Below, in pieces: positions 60,503-64,000 of a stretch of DNA of 64,000 nucleotides; the stretch's first letter is position 1, and the number at the start of each line of letters is the position of its first letter. The DNA comes from Phyllosticta citribraziliensis (Eukaryota). The DNA lies in assembly GCF_038025025.1 (NCBI RefSeq), contig NW_027117345.1, positions 496,001-560,000 of the forward strand. Reading direction: 5' to 3'. Below the pieces are notes generated by a model. That model ran no database searches. It saw nothing but the letters and a program-made list of their open reading frames with translations, and was not told where the DNA came from. Position numbers and translations under genes: made by a program.

Positions 60503-61712
60503 TCACACCACCTCCCCCCTCTTCTCCCCCTCCGGCACACTCAACCCATGACACCCAGCATAATCACTCGCAGCACACGGCGCCCACCCCGCCAACACCT
60601 CCCCCCTAACCTCCTCCGCCAGCCGCCACACCTCGACCTTAATGGGCCGACACGTCTCGCGCATCTTCCGCGCCGGCTCCTCCTCCTCCTCTGCCTCGTC
60701 GCCCTCCTTGACGCCCACCCACCCCCACTCGCTCAAGTCGCCGCCCGGACACGTGCTCAGCGCGCACAGCAGATCCTGCTCGGCGAAGAACTCGATGTAG
60801 TCGGCCGGCCCGGCTGGTGACGCTTCCATGTAGTAGCGCCCGTGCTCGTCGAGCCCCGTCACTTGGAAGACGTTGAGCACGTCGTGGATGTCGGATTCGC
60901 GCAGGCCGTGGGGGAGCACGGCGCGCACGAGGTTGGAGTGGCAGTGGTAGTCGTAGGTGCGGTTGGTGAGGAGCTTGTTGACTATGTGGTGGGTTAGTTG
61001 GGGGGCTTTTCCTTGCTCTTGTTTTGTGAGGTTCGCTGGAGGTTGGAGGGTGGAGGGCACTGTTGTGCTGTTTGTGAAGCATTCCCTCATCACCACCACT
61101 CCTCTCCCCCTCTTCCCCTCCAAAGAATAGATAGCTTCGACCTCTACCTCACCCCTTGCCACAACACCCTCAAACAAACCAAAGGAAAAACTCACCATAC
61201 GGATCACACCTCGTCCCCAACAAATCATGACACCTCCCACCAACCACACTCCTTCCATCGCCCGCCCCCCACTCCGCCCTCCTCGTCCCCTCTCTCCCCA
61301 ACGTATCCGCCACAATCCCACAAAGCGGCCGCATGTACGGCAAGCAACTCCACAGCCGATCGCCCGTCGACACATGGCTCGCATGCAGCTGGCGCGTTCG
61401 CGACGCCCAGAAGCGCTCGCGCGGGTTGGCCGCGCTCCACACGTTGAGGTCGCCGACCTGCGGGCCGGCGGGCGTCGAGAGCCGGAAGATGCTGCCGGCG
61501 GGCACGCGCCAGGCGTGGCCGCTGCGCGGCGGGATGGTGTGGGCGTGCAGCGGGATGCGGGAGGGCGGGGACGTGGCGGTGGCGGCGATGCGCGCGTAGA
61601 GTGCTGTGGGTGGGTGCAGCGGGGAGGAGGAGGAGGTTGCGAGGTACGCGGGTGGAGGGGGCTGCGGTGGTGGTGGGGAGGTGGTGGTGCTGCTGTCGGC
61701 CATTTTGCTCAT
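60503..61712 (-). CDS. DUF1989 (urea-carboxylase-associated family) protein; intron 60982-61195
   Basis: GPQVGDLNVW, ERFWASRTRQLH, CHDLLGTRCDPY|VN, HCHSNL, DIHDVLNVFQ, LSTCPGGDLS. Confidence 0.88.
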
Positions 61713-62550
61713 GTTGACCCCAACTCTTTCATACACGATGGTCTCCTTGGCTTGGTCGTCGACGTTCGTTCCTGAAGCGGTGCTAACGAACGCAGTCGAT
61801 TCGACGTCGTCGTTGTTGAATTCTTATACCACACGTCGGGTCTGATGTTGCATTGCCGAAGCTCTTTTCGGCCGTTTATCGTCACAGGCCGAACTGTGTC
61901 AAGCTGGCTGACAGGTGTGGTTTATGCAATTGGTGATAGCGCAGATGGGTGTTGATGAGGTAGGTGGTCTTGCGCAAGACAACCAACCAATTGAGATGTG
62001 TCGTTGATCGGCTTCCCCGAAACGATCAGTGCTAAACTGCGTTGGGGGTGCACCGAGGCCATTTTGATCTGGGAGGCGGGAATTTCATGGCAAAGCTTGA
62101 CTACATGTACCAGGTGACGTTGGATGCAGACGTTTCTTTTCTGTGTATGGCACTAGTTGAAAGATTGAATGGTCTAACCCAAATCTTGGTCACTGGCCCT
62201 GCTTCCCAGTCAATGCTTCAAGGACATTGTCAAAAGAACACGGACAGGCAGCGTCAAGACCCTGACAGCTAAATGGATAAGGAGCATGCCGATCTCGTAG
62301 AAAAATGTGATTTCTCTCATCTCTTTTGGAAGCTTCCTCGCCATGTCCCGCATCAAAAATTCCATTGAAAGTGTACTGGTTCACGATATTTCTGCTACTC
62401 AAAACCGACTGTGCTTTTCAAATGGTCATCAGCTACATTCGTTCAATGATAACTTCCGGAGAGCATTCAACGTTCCGGCAAGCTGCGGCCAGCAAAACCC
62501 CGCGTACCAAAATCCGCCCTCTGCCAGCTTCGAGAAACAACGCCTCGTCC

Positions 62551-63563
62551 TCACAGCGACGCTCTCGCCAACATTTTCCCGCCATCCAAAACAAGCGTAT
62601 CACCGTTGACATGTCCCGCAGCCCTCGAGCACAAATACACAACCGCAGCCGCAAAGTCCTCGGGGACACCCAACCTGCCATTGGGATTAGCCTTCTCGAG
62701 GCTCTCGGGGCCACCGATGGCCGCAATGAGTCCGTTGGCCATCTTCGTCGGGAAGAAGCCCGGCGCGATGCCGTTGACGAGGATGCCGCGCGGGCCCAGC
62801 TCGATGGCCAGGTTGCGCGCCAGGTGCAGCACCGCGGCCTTGGAGATGGAGTAGCCCGGCGTCGCGTTGGCGTTGTTGGTCGTCCCGATGCCGATGCCTG
62901 CGACCGAGCCGGTCACGATGACGCGCGAGGGGTCGTTTTTGCTGCTGCCGGCTTCGAGGAGCGGGGTGAATCTGATCATGGCCGTCAGCTATCTTGCAAC
63001 GCTTCCTGCCGTCTGTGTCTTTCTTTGTATGACGCCTCGAGGTATATGGGCCGGGCCGCACGAACTTTTGTATCGTGAAGAAGACGCTCTTGACGTTGAG
63101 GTCCATCACCTTGGTGAAGGCGTCTTCCGGATGCGTGTCAAACGGGCTGCCCCAAGTCGCACCCGCATTGGCCAGCAATATGTCCACCTTGTCCGTGTGC
63201 TTCTTGACCTCGGCCACCAGCCGCTCTATCTCGGACACCTTGGAGCTGTCGGCGGGGATGCTGATGGCTTGGGCGCCCGGCGCCTTGTTGGGGAGCGCGT
63301 TGAGCGCCGCGCATGCCTCTTCGCAGGCCTTTGCTTTGCGCGATGTGATGAAGACTTTGGAGGCGCCGGCTTGGAGGAGGCTTGGGTCGCGGTGTTAGCG
63401 TTGATTGAAAGACGTGTCGAGACGGTTGGTGGTGTGGAGCGCACCCTGATGCAGCATTCAGTCCCAGACCGCGTGAGCCGCCTGTGACGACTGCAACTTT
63501 GCCATCGAGGCGGAAGATGTTTTGAAAGTCCTTGAGTTGGACGTCGGCTTGGGCAGAGGCCAT
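62551..63563 (-). CDS. Short-chain dehydrogenase/reductase (3-oxoacyl-reductase/RhlG-like), 3 exons
   Basis: TGGSRGLG, ILLANAG, YSISK (YxxxK), NGIAPGFF, LVLDGG; introns about 63381-63443 and 62972-63065. Confidence 0.9.
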
Positions 63564-64000
63564 GATGGAATATGTGAACTCGGTCTTTTGTAAAAAGGTC
63601 GGAGGTTGTGCAAATCTTCGTAAAAGTCGTTATGCGAAAGGAACGATCTAAAGGCTCAGAAAATGACGTCTCTAGTATATATCAAAAGATGGATGGCGCA
63701 GCAAACGGTCCCGAGGAAGTGAGCAACCACCTTGGTACCCCACAGCCAGCGGCACAGCGGCCGAATCGGAGGAGGGGTCCATGCGTGCCTCGGTTCCGCC
63801 AGTCTGCCCTGATCAGTTGCGTTAGCACCATTGCACAGGCCAAGAATCGCCGACTAATCATCTCGACCATCCCAAACAGACACGGACAAGACGGACGAGG
63901 CGGTGTGGTAAGGAGGCTGGTGGTGGGAATCGAGTCGCAACTTTTTGTACATCCAGAATAGACTATTTACAACGCCCCCAATGCCGGATTTTGGTCCGAA

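Noticed and set aside
62551..62565. Peroxisomal PTS1 on the SDR
   Set aside because: Ends in -ASL, which lacks the basic penultimate residue; not supportable from sequence alone

Overview
Gene-dense, GC-rich genomic DNA from a filamentous ascomycete (short GT-AG introns with CTRAC branch sites; Dothideomycete-like by inference). About 22 protein-coding genes, 1 pseudogene and 1 intron-containing tRNA-Glu(CTC). Recognisable genes: ataxin-10-like (3' end), ALO1, DUF1770, calcineurin B, APH-like kinase, Kch1-type K+ transporter, BiP/KAR2, PhyH dioxygenase, MARVEL protein, hybrid histidine kinase, GT34-like protein, glutamate decarboxylase, a tandem MYND-finger pair (second copy has three in-frame TGA), a Zn2Cys6 factor, adenine deaminase, DUF1989 and an SDR. 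No intact transposon or CRISPR array was seen. The main unexplained signal is a dispersed family of degenerate 33-nt-period repeats: at least five copies between 3.4 and 26.6 kb, one inside the KCH1 intron, with differences that look codon-constrained on one strand (11-aa unit ...N[DE]CSL). Other highlights are a perfect UaY-type TCGG-N6-CCGA site upstream of adenine deaminase (which converges on a DUF1989 gene), a perfect HSE upstream of BiP, CNB1-KCH1-KAR2 co-location, a GT34 lacking DxD, and a uORF overlapping the histidine kinase start (ATGA). All calls are by eye; no searches were run.
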